This document shows positions 1 to 9,600 of a stretch of 64,000 bases of DNA, piece by piece. The first letter of the stretch is position 1. Every line of letters begins with the position of its first letter. The DNA lies in IMG/VR virus record IMGVR_UViG_3300025133_000075; one strand, 5' to 3'. The DNA is from an uncultured virus (IMG/VR IMGVR_UViG_3300025133_000075). Taxonomy: Duplodnaviria > Heunggongvirae > Uroviricota > Caudoviricetes. A program made the translations under genes and the position numbers. The notes under the pieces are model-generated. The model did not search any database and had not been told where the DNA came from. It worked only from the letters and a program-made list of their open reading frames with translations.

Positions 1-22
1 AATAACCCTTTGTGCAATTTCT

Positions 23-52
23 AATGTAACGAATTAGGGACATTTTCGTCAA
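23..52 (-). promoter_or_regulatory. sigma70-like promoter TTGACG-N18-TACATT firing off the left edge
   Basis: Minus-strand hexamers at 52-47 and 28-23; shares GTTACATTAG..AATTGCA with the promoter at 33870-33898. Confidence 0.5.
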
Positions 53-81
53 CGCGAAAGACTATTACTCTGTTGCTTTGT

Positions 82-216
82 TCAATTCTTTCTGTTTCCA
101 TTCTTGGCTATCGCAGCTGTCCCTGTCGACAAATAGTCCCTTGCCTGTTCCACCGTAAGATTTTCAACGTGCTGAGCATCTGTGTATTCAGATGCTTTTT
201 GTGTGTCAGGTGCCAT
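82..216 (-). CDS. small hypothetical protein (44 aa, MAPDTQKASE...)
   Basis: Manual translation; ATG overlaps the csrA stop (TGATG); below the ORF-track cutoff. Confidence 0.45.
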   Translation of the reverse strand: MAPDTQKASEYTDAQHVENLTVEQARDYLSTGTAAIAKNGNRKN

Positions 217-383
217 CAGCCTTCCTCCTGCATCTCTTCCAGATACTCTTTCCGATGGACTGGAATCTCTCGTGGAGCTTTGATTCCCAAGCGTACCGTG
301 TTCCCTTTGATGCTAATCACCATAATTTCAACATCATCACCGATCGTGATCGCTTCATCTTTTCTACGTGACAGCACTAACAT
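216..383 (-). CDS. csrA: carbon storage regulator CsrA/RsmA-like RNA-binding protein (55 aa)
   Basis: Manual translation MLVLSRRKDEAITIGDDVEIMVISIKGNTVRLGIKAPREIPVHRKEYLEEMQEEG matches the CsrA pattern MLxLxRxxxExxxIG...VRLGIxAPxxxxVHRxE; GGAGG RBS upstream; not in the ORF track. Confidence 0.95.
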   Translation of the reverse strand: MLVLSRRKDEAITIGDDVEIMVISIKGNTVRLGIKAPREIPVHRKEYLEEMQEEG

Positions 384-384
384 C

Positions 385-972
385 TCAGCAACCTCCTGTC
401 CCCAGATCTATAACTTTGCCAATCCGTAACTCATCAATATGAGTGACCATGATGAACTGGCAATCGAACTCTTCGCTCAGTGCTTCAATCAGCTGCTTCA
501 CTCTGGCTCTGTACTGTACACTGAGGAACCTGAAAGGCTCGTCGAGTATTAGCAGTCGCCTGGGATTTGGATTCCGTAGAAGTAGACAGGCGAGCCGCAG
601 AGCGAACGTAGCGACATCAATCGCTCCCCCGCCACTTGCTGACATTGGATGTATTTCAGAATCGCCCCGCTTGAATACGATCTTGGCTTCGGTCGAATTT
701 CGCTTTCGCTCGAACTTGATTTCAAATGCATACGGATCATCGAACACCGCAGCAAGGCACCGAGTGACCAGCACCGAAACCTGCTTGTGTACCGTCTGCT
801 GGACCACAAGAGCTGACTCTGATATGAGGTGATGTGATTCTTCTCGTACCACCAACCCCCGAGCCGCGTTCTCAGCATCCAATCGATCGGACTTTACCCT
901 TTGCTGGGCTGTGTGAAGCTCCAGCTTGAGAGCGTTTATCCGTTCTTTGTATCTGGTCATTTCGTGATTCAT
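385..972 (-). CDS. SbcC/Rad50-like ATPase, C-terminal half
   Basis: Coiled coil, then ABC signature-like SASGGG, Walker B LLILDEPF and H-loop IMVTH. Confidence 0.85.
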   Translation of the reverse strand: MNHEMTRYKERINALKLELHTAQQRVKSDRLDAENAARGLVVREESHHLISESALVVQQTVHKQVSVLVTRCLAAVFDDPYAFEIKFERKRNSTEAKIVFKRGDSEIHPMSASGGGAIDVATFALRLACLLLRNPNPRRLLILDEPFRFLSVQYRARVKQLIEALSEEFDCQFIMVTHIDELRIGKVIDLGTGGC

Positions 973-1217
973 GACAGCCGCTCATCCCACTTGTCACTGA
1001 AAGCTTCCATTTTCGTTGCCAGATCATCTTTGATCGCTTCAGACTCAGCCTTCTTCTTAGACAGCAGATCTTTGGCATCATCGATAGAAGCACAGCCAAA
1101 CTCCTTTTTCATTCGCTCAGTGATCTCTTGAGCCCGGCCTTCATCTTTGGCTATCTCGATTTTCAGCTCATCGACTTTCTTTCTCAGCCGATTATATATG
1201 TCTACCGTGTTCATCAA
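969..1217 (-). CDS. small coiled-coil protein, possibly a middle segment of the split SbcC
   Basis: Heptad-rich 82 aa; translationally coupled to the SbcC C-half. Confidence 0.6.
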   Translation of the reverse strand: MMNTVDIYNRLRKKVDELKIEIAKDEGRAQEITERMKKEFGCASIDDAKDLLSKKKAESEAIKDDLATKMEAFSDKWDERLS

Positions 1218-1226
1218 ACGCCTCCC

Positions 1227-2156
1227 TTATTTACTGCACTCGTCAATCACCAACATCACTTCGTCTTCCACTTCAGAACGTACGGCTTCTTCTTTGGCCG
1301 CTCTTCTCAAGGTAGTCTCAAAATCAATCAGGCTGTTATCTGTTTCCGACAGAGCAGCGAAATACTCAGCAAAATCTCCCACATCAGGCTCGAACTCGAT
1401 CGCATCCTCAACAAACTTGTCTCCATCCGCTGCTGACAGATAGTGAGTCTCGACTGTCCCATCACTCTGCAGCAACCCAACCCGAGGTCGATAGTCCTTC
1501 TCATCAGACTTCCGTCTCATGAACCCCCCGCAGTTAAACACGAATGGAGAGCCTACAGAATCAAACCCTTTGTGATTATCACCGAAGATCACTGTATCGT
1601 ACCCCTGGAGCTTCTCCAGATGGCTGCTGACCTCTTGATTCTCTGGGGCCGATGGATATGAGTACCCTTCTTGCCAGGCGTAAGCATGGACCACAGCGAC
1701 CTTGAGTAGCCCGTCATGGTTATGAACAGGAGGGGTGATCTTTTTGCCCCACGGGAACGGATAAACAGCGAACCCATCGACACCACCGATCAATGTCGGC
1801 TTTTTCAGATCTACGATCGCTCCGGACTTCGCCAAGGTGCCGTATGCCGACCTATACATCTCATCAATTCGATGATTCGGCAGATCGTGCTGTCCTGGTA
1901 TGGCATACACTTCTTTCATGAGACGGAAAGAGTCAATAGCAAAATTGACCATCTCTGGAGTTGGATACCAGCGATCGAAAATGTCACCAGCGACGATCAC
2001 CGGACAAGGACCTTCCATGAGGCTCCCAGACAAAATAGCCACTTCGCCCAGGTGATCCTGCATCACATCGAACCAAGTATCTTTCTCTGCCCGGCACCTG
2101 GGAGCTGTTTGCCACAGGTGCAGGTCAGAGCATACGATTGCCAGCGTTTTAGTCAT
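1227..2156 (-). CDS. SbcD/Mre11-like metallophosphoesterase nuclease
   Basis: SDLH, AGDIFD, PGQHD and GDNH calcineurin-like motifs; sits among SbcC-like genes. Confidence 0.88.
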   Translation of the reverse strand: MTKTLAIVCSDLHLWQTAPRCRAEKDTWFDVMQDHLGEVAILSGSLMEGPCPVIVAGDIFDRWYPTPEMVNFAIDSFRLMKEVYAIPGQHDLPNHRIDEMYRSAYGTLAKSGAIVDLKKPTLIGGVDGFAVYPFPWGKKITPPVHNHDGLLKVAVVHAYAWQEGYSYPSAPENQEVSSHLEKLQGYDTVIFGDNHKGFDSVGSPFVFNCGGFMRRKSDEKDYRPRVGLLQSDGTVETHYLSAADGDKFVEDAIEFEPDVGDFAEYFAALSETDNSLIDFETTLRRAAKEEAVRSEVEDEVMLVIDECSK

Positions 2157-2635
2157 GAAAAGAACCTATTCTGCACCCCATTGACAGAGACCTTGCCATT
2201 GCCATCATCTGCTTTCTTGCCACAACACCCAACCCCCGGCGTCTTCCTGGCAATGATCATCGTGAGGGACGCCTCTTCTTCCGGTGTCAGCTCGAAATCA
2301 TCATCAAACATGGAATGAATCGACCGACACAAACGCCGTAGTACCTTAGCTAAGATGACATCTCGTATATTGGCACTTTCTAACGCTTTCTTGCCCACAG
2401 CCCGAGTGTTCGGACGATCTAAGTTGCCCTTGCCTTTGCGAGAGACGAACTTGATCTCTCGCTCTTCGGCAATCGACCTCAGCAACTGAACATTCACGAT
2501 GATACTCAGCTCTTTGGCCACAGCAGCTTTGGCTTCTGTGACTGAAAGCTTCTTCACTCGTTCTAAATTGTCACGAACCCAGTCAGAAATCAGCATTCTA
2601 CTGCGTCGTGTGATCTGTTTGCCTGTGTTCTCCAT
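2153..2635 (-). CDS. hypothetical protein
   Basis: ORF 2153..2650; start moved to the ATG behind GGAGGAG. Confidence 0.65.
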   Translation of the reverse strand: MENTGKQITRRSRMLISDWVRDNLERVKKLSVTEAKAAVAKELSIIVNVQLLRSIAEEREIKFVSRKGKGNLDRPNTRAVGKKALESANIRDVILAKVLRRLCRSIHSMFDDDFELTPEEEASLTMIIARKTPGVGCCGKKADDGNGKVSVNGVQNRFFS

Positions 2636-3632
2636 CAAACTCTCCTCCACATATTGGACATTTGCCGCCAGTCACCTCAACCAGCTCTGTCTTCATTGTA
2701 GTGAGATCGTCTTGAGCCCTTCCGATTATTCTTGCCGATCTTTCAGCTTTTTCAATCATCCTCTCCAGCACTCGAATCTCAGCTTCCAGCGTATCAAAAC
2801 CAATTGAGTCGAACGCAAAAAACTCTGGAGCTTCCACCCCCAGCTTCAAACTCCCGTGAGCACTTATCGCCGCTTGTAGGGTGTCAGCGTCATCCTGTAC
2901 TTTATTCGCTTTCGCTGCCAACCTACCAAGAACACAGATATCCTCCATCTTCTCAGCACTCTTAAAGAGCCGCTCTTCTCGATGCTCCAGCTCCACCAGC
3001 ATCTTCCCCAAATCGTCATAATCCAGCTCCAGAGCTTCACTGTCATGCTGTAAACGCTCCAGATCAGCGAACTCGACAGAAGCGTCGTCTATCCACAGCA
3101 AGTCTTCTACAGCCGCCTCAGACTTCTCAGCGGCTTCATGGTAAATGTCCCGCCGCTTCTTCTGATCAGCATGCCGACTCTTTGACAGACTCAAGCACTT
3201 ATCAATCAGCGACAGATCCACCACTTCATTCAAACGCCGACTGACTTCTCCAGCTGACAGAGACAGCCAAAAAGGTGAATCGAACTGTCCCTGTAGATTC
3301 ACATCCAGAACATTGATCACATCAGCAATGCTATCTGGCACATTGGATCCGAAGGCTTTGAACTCAGCCCCATCCATCTTGTATTCATTGTTCGATTTGC
3401 CCCTACTACGGATCACTGTGTGTCCGTCTACGAGCACTTTCACAGCACATGACGACTCACCCGTCCGGATGAAAGCCGTGCCGCTGGGAGCGTTCGTGAG
3501 AGCCCAGACGAGAGATCTGATGATCGACGACTTTCCCACATCACTTGGCCCCACAATCGTCGTGACTCGATCAAAATCGACTCGCATCTTCTCGTGAGTT
3601 TGGAAATTCTTGATGAACAGCGACTCAATCAT
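2598..3632 (-). CDS. SbcC/Rad50-like ATPase, N-terminal half ending in a zinc hook
   Basis: IKNFQTH, Walker A GPSDVGKSS, Q-loop LQGQFD, coiled coil, C-terminal CPICGG. Confidence 0.88.
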   Translation of the reverse strand: MIESLFIKNFQTHEKMRVDFDRVTTIVGPSDVGKSSIIRSLVWALTNAPSGTAFIRTGESSCAVKVLVDGHTVIRSRGKSNNEYKMDGAEFKAFGSNVPDSIADVINVLDVNLQGQFDSPFWLSLSAGEVSRRLNEVVDLSLIDKCLSLSKSRHADQKKRRDIYHEAAEKSEAAVEDLLWIDDASVEFADLERLQHDSEALELDYDDLGKMLVELEHREERLFKSAEKMEDICVLGRLAAKANKVQDDADTLQAAISAHGSLKLGVEAPEFFAFDSIGFDTLEAEIRVLERMIEKAERSARIIGRAQDDLTTMKTELVEVTGGKCPICGGEFDGEHRQTDHTTQ

Positions 3633-3633
3633 A

Positions 3634-4092
3634 CTACTCCACCCCAAGATCCCATTGAGCCAAATCCAGAAGCCACAAAGCGTCTGCCTGATTATCGTCC
3701 TCGATTTCGATATCTGTCCATTTCAGCTTGGCCGCTGCCACCATATCATCTTTGGTTCGACACCCGGCATGTTTCTTGATCGTCGAAAGATTGTACCCTT
3801 TGGCTTCCAACCCCGGTCTTGATTCGACAAACACTTCAATGACACCTTGGAGCTTTGAGATCAGCTGAAAACCTTTCATGTTGGCTTTCTTGCCGCTGGC
3901 CACAGAAGGGGATTCATACACAATCAGATCAAACCCAAGCCCATTATAGATCTCTCTGATCTTGGCTCTGAATCTCATCAACCGCATACCGGAAGATTCA
4001 TCGGATTTTATCGATAGATCCCAAGTGCCGCTGTCGCCGTCTGAATGAGCCCATCCAGTTTTCGTGGCTGGATCGATTGCCAGGATTCGCAT
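3634..4092 (-). CDS. RuvC-like Holliday junction resolvase
   Basis: MRILAIDPATKTGWA, IVYES and DDNQADAL motifs. Confidence 0.85.
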   Translation of the reverse strand: MRILAIDPATKTGWAHSDGDSGTWDLSIKSDESSGMRLMRFRAKIREIYNGLGFDLIVYESPSVASGKKANMKGFQLISKLQGVIEVFVESRPGLEAKGYNLSTIKKHAGCRTKDDMVAAAKLKWTDIEIEDDNQADALWLLDLAQWDLGVE

Positions 4093-4973
4093 CAAAAGAA
4101 CCTTCTCATGCCGGACTCTCTGGTAATAGTAGACTTCCGTTCTGAGCTGAATCCCAGCTGGAACCACATGCTCTTCACTGCTTCATCAGTGACACAATCC
4201 TCAACCAGCTCAAACGATGGTGTATTCAGCAGAGGCAAAGTAACGATTGGGGCATTCTTCTCGATCACCCCCGCTTCCAGCCCGGTCACCATCTTTTGAT
4301 GTGCTGCACTGCCTTCCTTCACTTCAGAATTCAGCCACTTGATTGCTGTTTTCTCTCCGACACCTTTGATTCCCACCACGCTGTCAGAAACGCACCCAGC
4401 AATCGATTTCACCAGAGCCCACTGAGAAGGCCAGATCTTGAACTCATGAGCAAAATTCTCTTCTGTCCACACCTTCCACGGCTTCTTTTCCGATGCTGGA
4501 ACGTATATTCTCACATTGTCAGTCAAACACTGGAAGAAATCCTGATCAGAGGACACGATGAACACCAAAGACTCTGGAGCTTCTTCTCTGGCGATCCGAG
4601 CAATGACATCATCCCCTTCGTAGCCATCAGCAGAAAAGATGTTTTGATACCCCATCCCCGGCAAAATCGTATTTCTGAGGTAGTCCACTTGCTCAAAGAA
4701 TGATTTCTCTTCGGCCAGCTCGTCTTCACTCTTCTCCCGATTCCGTCTGGCTTCTTTGTATGTCGGCACCAGCTTCCGGCGTATGCTGCCCTCCCCATCG
4801 AAAGCAAAAATGTACTGATCCAGATCCAGCAGATCTTTGATCACTGCCAGCTCTTGCAGCACACCAAACGCCACCCCGGTTTTCATGCCATCGTGCTCCA
4901 TGTCAGCACAACCCGTAGAGTAGCGGGCTCGATGGCACAGATACATCGTATCGATCAGACCTATGGCTTTCAT
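4092..4973 (-). CDS. 5'-3' exonuclease / flap endonuclease (Pol I N-terminal or T4 RNase H type)
   Basis: AFDG, YKEAR, EGDDVI, SSDQDF and H3TH motif SDSVVGIKGVGEKTA. Confidence 0.92.
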   Translation of the reverse strand: MKAIGLIDTMYLCHRARYSTGCADMEHDGMKTGVAFGVLQELAVIKDLLDLDQYIFAFDGEGSIRRKLVPTYKEARRNREKSEDELAEEKSFFEQVDYLRNTILPGMGYQNIFSADGYEGDDVIARIAREEAPESLVFIVSSDQDFFQCLTDNVRIYVPASEKKPWKVWTEENFAHEFKIWPSQWALVKSIAGCVSDSVVGIKGVGEKTAIKWLNSEVKEGSAAHQKMVTGLEAGVIEKNAPIVTLPLLNTPSFELVEDCVTDEAVKSMWFQLGFSSERKSTITRESGMRRFF

Positions 4974-6073
4974 GAAAATCTGGCTTTCCTTTTTGGCCTG
5001 ACGGCTTCCTCAATTCCCCTCCAGACCGAGGTAACGATCTTGACCAGTCGCGGCTCTGAATCATTCTCCTCGATGTGGACGATCAACGAATCTTTGTTAC
5101 CCGCAAAATCGAACTCTGGAGCTGTGATCCTGGCTCCATCTTTCTTCCAATGCTTTTCTTCACAGAGGTAGTCAATACAAGACTCGATGTTATCCAACCC
5201 ATGGGCATGATAGATCGGTACTGTGATCACCCATTCTTTTCCTGTCAACCTGTTCTTTTTGATTGACACTTTGGAATGAATCCCAAGCTGGCGATCTTTG
5301 CCTTTGTACTGCTTGGTGATCTTACCACCAGAAGAAGACCACAGCTGCCAGGTAGCGTAGAACTTCAACGCCCGACCACCGGCATGCGTCTTCTTGCTCT
5401 CAAACATACCAGCATCGATGTTATCTCTGGTCTGGCTCAGTATAATCAGACAGCACCCTGTCTTTCTGAGGCGACTCACAACCGTTCGGATGTAGGTACT
5501 GTTGACTTTGGCTTTGCCGTCGCCATAGTCACCCTTCGGCTTCTTGCCAGTTTCATGAGCTTTTTTCTTCTCATCAAACTTCGACTTTTCATACTTGGAC
5601 GACAGAGCATCCATGCTGTCCAGCAGCATAAGGAAAGGCCTTCCCTTGCCTGACTCAACTCGATCGAGACGTTCGGACAGCCCGAAGTAGAAATCTTCGA
5701 TACTGGCACTGTGGATAGGCTCACCGTCTTCATCGTATGCCGGAGGCTGGATCCTATCAGCCATCTTCTGACCGAAATAGTGGGGCATATCCATCAACGC
5801 CCCATTCTCCACATCATCGAAAATCAGATCGTAGTCATCCCAATCAGAACAATTCGCTGCTTCCGCAAACGCTGTGAGCATCAGAAAGGTTTTCCCTGTG
5901 TCACTGTCCCCCACCATCCAATGGTATCCACCTTTGACAAACGTGCCATATGGAGTGCCAGAGCAAGCGAGATTCAGAAGGGTAGATCCTGAACTTAGGT
6001 AGTCTGATCGTTTCAGATCGGCCTTCTGAATTCTCGGCTTGAGCAACTCGTCTTCGATTTCTTGTTCCGTCAT
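4970..6073 (-). CDS. RecA/UvsX-like recombinase
   Basis: SSGSTLLNLA, Walker A GDSDTGKT, LLDSMDAL, SQTRDNI, GGRALKFYA. Confidence 0.92.
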   Translation of the reverse strand: MTEQEIEDELLKPRIQKADLKRSDYLSSGSTLLNLACSGTPYGTFVKGGYHWMVGDSDTGKTFLMLTAFAEAANCSDWDDYDLIFDDVENGALMDMPHYFGQKMADRIQPPAYDEDGEPIHSASIEDFYFGLSERLDRVESGKGRPFLMLLDSMDALSSKYEKSKFDEKKKAHETGKKPKGDYGDGKAKVNSTYIRTVVSRLRKTGCCLIILSQTRDNIDAGMFESKKTHAGGRALKFYATWQLWSSSGGKITKQYKGKDRQLGIHSKVSIKKNRLTGKEWVITVPIYHAHGLDNIESCIDYLCEEKHWKKDGARITAPEFDFAGNKDSLIVHIEENDSEPRLVKIVTSVWRGIEEAVRPKRKARFS

Positions 6074-6076
6074 CGA

Positions 6077-7144
6077 TCAAAACCCCCATTCTTCATCGAC
6101 TGCGGATGCTGCTGTTTCTTTCTTCTCCGACTGAGGCTCTTCCTTCGATTCCTCAGGCTCCTTCGATTCCTCAACTTCTTCCCACGTTGAGCACTCTTCT
6201 GGAGCAACCGCTCGAATCAACTCTTCGGTAGCATCATCTTCCAAGGTCAAAGAAGTGCCATCAGGACTGATCTTCATGATCGTACACTTGCCGCCTTTGT
6301 AGCTGACAGAATCGGCTTTCTTGAAGCCAAAATCTTCAGCAGTCGGCAGATGTCGCGGCTTCTCTTCTTTCTTCGGAGGAGCTTCTTTCTCTGGTTCTGG
6401 CTCTGGCTCAAACGCCCCTTCATCCTGTTCTGGCTCGGCGTCTTCTCCATCAAAGATTCGCTTCAGCTCAGCATACGGGGTCTCAACCAAACAATCATCC
6501 AAACAATAACCGTGCTCGATTATCGCTTCCGGCAACGGAGTCTCCCGAGGTAAGAAATCAATTGACACAGCTTCCGACCAACTTCCGCTTTTTGCTGTCT
6601 CAATCACAATTTGCAACGTCATCCCGTCATCATCTGAACTGAAGAATTGATCCCACCCTTGAGATTCTCTTGAATTCTTGATTCGCTTATTCAGCAATTC
6701 ACCGAACAGAGATGTGGAAACGTCCCACAATTTGAGCTTCTTGTCCTCTCTATCATACACCAAAAACAACTGCCGCTTCTTCGGCTTCAAAGCTTTGATC
6801 ATATCCGGATCGGCATTACCACTCCGAGCCTCTCGATTCCGCCACTCAGCAATAGGGTCTTTCTTATTGAACGTATCAGCAAGCGAACAGAACCATTGCT
6901 CTTTCACCCCGATGTTTTTGTAAACAAAGAAGGTCCGTTCGTAGTACCACTGACCTTCATCTGCTCGCTCATTGCCTTTCCCCACTTCGTATTCAACAAT
7001 GTCCAAATCGTACGTTCCTGGCTTCATCTCGAAGTAAGACAGCCCACTTGGAATCTGGACCGTAGTGGAAGTGAACCCCGAAGTCTCTGCTTCCGCTGCC
7101 CGTCGTGCTGATGCTCGATTTCGTTTTCTTCTGTTACTCGCCAT
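6077..7144 (-). CDS. probable single-stranded DNA-binding protein
   Basis: Lies between the UvsY-like and RecA-like genes; aromatic core and long acidic tail ending DEEWGF. Confidence 0.6.
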   Translation of the reverse strand: MASNRRKRNRASARRAAEAETSGFTSTTVQIPSGLSYFEMKPGTYDLDIVEYEVGKGNERADEGQWYYERTFFVYKNIGVKEQWFCSLADTFNKKDPIAEWRNREARSGNADPDMIKALKPKKRQLFLVYDREDKKLKLWDVSTSLFGELLNKRIKNSRESQGWDQFFSSDDDGMTLQIVIETAKSGSWSEAVSIDFLPRETPLPEAIIEHGYCLDDCLVETPYAELKRIFDGEDAEPEQDEGAFEPEPEPEKEAPPKKEEKPRHLPTAEDFGFKKADSVSYKGGKCTIMKISPDGTSLTLEDDATEELIRAVAPEECSTWEEVEESKEPEESKEEPQSEKKETAASAVDEEWGF

Positions 7145-7310
7145 CTTCTTTAGCTTTCTTTGATTTGAAATAATTGTCCTTGGACTGATAAAACGCAAAT
7201 GTTCCCAACCGAACGATGTACCAAACACTGAGAGGCACGATCACAATGATCAACAAAAGCCACCAGCACCAGTAACCAATCAGTAGCAGGACTTCTTCAA
7301 TTCCTGCCAT
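7134..7310 (-). CDS. small membrane protein (58 aa)
   Basis: Hydrophobic LLLIGYWCWWLLLIIVIVPLSVWYIV segment; AGGAGAG RBS. Confidence 0.6.
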   Translation of the reverse strand: MAGIEEVLLLIGYWCWWLLLIIVIVPLSVWYIVRLGTFAFYQSKDNYFKSKKAKEDGE

Positions 7311-7776
7311 CACTTCTCTCCTTTGCTCTGCGACGAACCGCCCGCCGCTCTTCACTCCCGCCATCGTCATCATGGTCCACATTCCTCTTGCTTGCATAAT
7401 ACTCGTGAATGTAGAGGTCAGTGATTTTTTGTAGAGCTTTGTCACGAGAATACAGACTTTCCACAGCCGCTTTGGTCATCCCCAACTTCTGCTTCTTATC
7501 GAGGAAATTATCAACAGCTGCTTTGTGCTTCGGATCAGAACCCACAGCAGAAGCCACCGCATCATTCGACGGCTTTGGGCTCAAGCTGAAATCATCTGGA
7601 TGCTTTCGAACCTTCAGATCCAACTTGATGCGGGTCAACTCCAGAGCCGCTTTGGCTCGATCGAATGCATCTTGGACATCAGCCAAATGCTTCTGCCACG
7701 CTCGATGCTGAGCCTCCTGCTCGATCCATTCGTTCACCATGTCATCCGGATCAATGTCTTTCTTCAATGTTGGCAT
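7297..7776 (-). CDS. UvsY-like recombination mediator
   Basis: Helical 159 aa protein with a UvsY-like pattern; adjacent to SSB- and RecA-like genes. Confidence 0.55.
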   Translation of the reverse strand: MPTLKKDIDPDDMVNEWIEQEAQHRAWQKHLADVQDAFDRAKAALELTRIKLDLKVRKHPDDFSLSPKPSNDAVASAVGSDPKHKAAVDNFLDKKQKLGMTKAAVESLYSRDKALQKITDLYIHEYYASKRNVDHDDDGGSEERRAVRRRAKERSDGRN

Positions 7777-7777
7777 A

Positions 7778-8698
7778 TCACCCTTTCACTGAGTTGTAGC
7801 AAGCGAGCACCAGCCCAGCCCGTTTGCTGTCATAAAAATTATCTCTGAACTCATCCATGATCGAAGCCACCCGATCGTGATTGCCCGCTCCCAGCAATGA
7901 CTTTGTGCAACAAGCCAAAACCAGATACCGCACCTTCTCAGGATCAGCTTTGTCCATCTTGGTCAGCAACGCTGACACTTGCTTCCATGTGCCCTTCCCC
8001 CAGATCAACAGCTTGGCCAATTCAAACGCCTCAGCTGTCGGATCGTTCGCTATTACCGAAGCGATCTGTTCTTTCGCTGTTCCCATATTGATAACAGCAT
8101 GCAGCAACACCAAAGCTTTTCGAGCTGAGCCCTCAGCAACTGATGCTATCTTCTGAGCCACAGAATCCTCCACAGGCTTCTTCTCTTTTTCCGCGACACT
8201 TTTAACGAGTCCCGAGAGATCGGCTTCTGCAATGGCACTGAACTCGATCTCAGTGCATCTGGTACGAACTGTCTTCTTCAACTTCTGAGGATCTGTAGTT
8301 CCCAGAATAAACAACACATGCTTCGGCGTATCCTCCAGCATCTTCAGAAATGCGTTCTGTGCGTCCGCTGTGAGGGCATGGGCTTCATCAATGAACCACA
8401 TGCGACACTTTCCCTGTGCAGGAGCAAGATTCATTCTCAGGCCAATGTCGCGAATCGTATCGATGCCCCTGGTTTCGGATGCATTGATCTCTTGGTAATC
8501 AAGACCAACACAACCCACATAGTCCCTCAGAATCCGGCCAACCGTAGTTTTGCCACACCCGGAATAGCCAGAAAACAGCAAAGCGTGTGGAAGTGCTTTA
8601 TTCTTGAGGAGCCCTCCGATTACCTTCATCGCCTCAACTTGACCGACCACTTCCGATGGCTTCTTTGGTCGATATTTCTTGTACAGTTCATCACTCAT
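7778..8698 (-). CDS. DnaX-like (Pol III gamma/tau) AAA+ clamp loader
   Basis: LYKKYRP, GQ, Walker A GYSGCGKTT, FIDEAHAL, AQNAFLKMLE, RTRC. Confidence 0.93.
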   Translation of the reverse strand: MSDELYKKYRPKKPSEVVGQVEAMKVIGGLLKNKALPHALLFSGYSGCGKTTVGRILRDYVGCVGLDYQEINASETRGIDTIRDIGLRMNLAPAQGKCRMWFIDEAHALTADAQNAFLKMLEDTPKHVLFILGTTDPQKLKKTVRTRCTEIEFSAIAEADLSGLVKSVAEKEKKPVEDSVAQKIASVAEGSARKALVLLHAVINMGTAKEQIASVIANDPTAEAFELAKLLIWGKGTWKQVSALLTKMDKADPEKVRYLVLACCTKSLLGAGNHDRVASIMDEFRDNFYDSKRAGLVLACYNSVKG

Positions 8699-9576
8699 AC
8701 GAAACTTTCTTTCTGCTCATGGCATGCCAAAGTCATATCATCCAAATCTTTTTTAGCGACACAAAACACATTTCGTGGAGTCTGCCGGGACACTCTTCGT
8801 TTCAGCCGCTTCCCTTTGAGAAACAAAGCATAGCAAGTGTATGCCGTTTCAAACATAGCAGCAATGTTATCCCAACCGCTCGTGCTCCCCCTTGCTTTGC
8901 AATCGTCCAGATGCATCATCAACAACATCACACCATCATACCCATCCGCTTTTTCTCTAGTCCCGGCCCCAGCATCCAGCAACGTGAAGAACTCTTTCGC
9001 CTTTTCTCTTTTGTTCGCCACAAGCACCAAAGCAAGTGCTTTGATGGCAGTATGAAAATCACGTAGCCCCCAACTATCCACTTCCAACAATTCTTCTTTC
9101 CACAACTTCACCAATCTGTATTCTTGTCCTTTCTTCCTACCTTTGAAACCAGAGGCTTGTTGCAAAGCCACCGCGAACTTATACGTCTTGAGCATTGGAC
9201 TACTCAGCACAATCCCATTCTCACGACAAGCCCCCGTGATCTTATCCCTAGCTCCTTCTACAGCGGACTGATTATCAAAATGAGAATACAACGATTTCGC
9301 TTCTTCCATGTCCGCACAAGAGTAGCAATGAACCGTGACTTTTTTTGGTCGCCTAAGTTCACCACTAGCCCACAGAAAAGCTCTGGTATGTCCATCCAAC
9401 TTACAAACAAGCTCACCTCCGACCATCGCAGCACTCACCACCTCATGTGTAGCACTCAACTCTGCCAGATGTCGTTTTTTGGCCTTCTTGGCATGTGAAA
9501 CTGTATCTCTCTGCCGTGGATTATCCGGCAACTCGATCCAATCTTGAACACTCATTTTCTTTGTTATAACGCCCAC
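8695..9576 (-). CDS. hypothetical protein with a ParB-like N-terminal motif
   Basis: NPRQR and KLDGHTR resemble the ParB/Srx DGxxR motif. Confidence 0.5.
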   Translation of the reverse strand: MGVITKKMSVQDWIELPDNPRQRDTVSHAKKAKKRHLAELSATHEVVSAAMVGGELVCKLDGHTRAFLWASGELRRPKKVTVHCYSCADMEEAKSLYSHFDNQSAVEGARDKITGACRENGIVLSSPMLKTYKFAVALQQASGFKGRKKGQEYRLVKLWKEELLEVDSWGLRDFHTAIKALALVLVANKREKAKEFFTLLDAGAGTREKADGYDGVMLLMMHLDDCKARGSTSGWDNIAAMFETAYTCYALFLKGKRLKRRVSRQTPRNVFCVAKKDLDDMTLACHEQKESFV

Positions 9577-9600
9577 AAATCTGCTCCTGTTACTTGTTAA

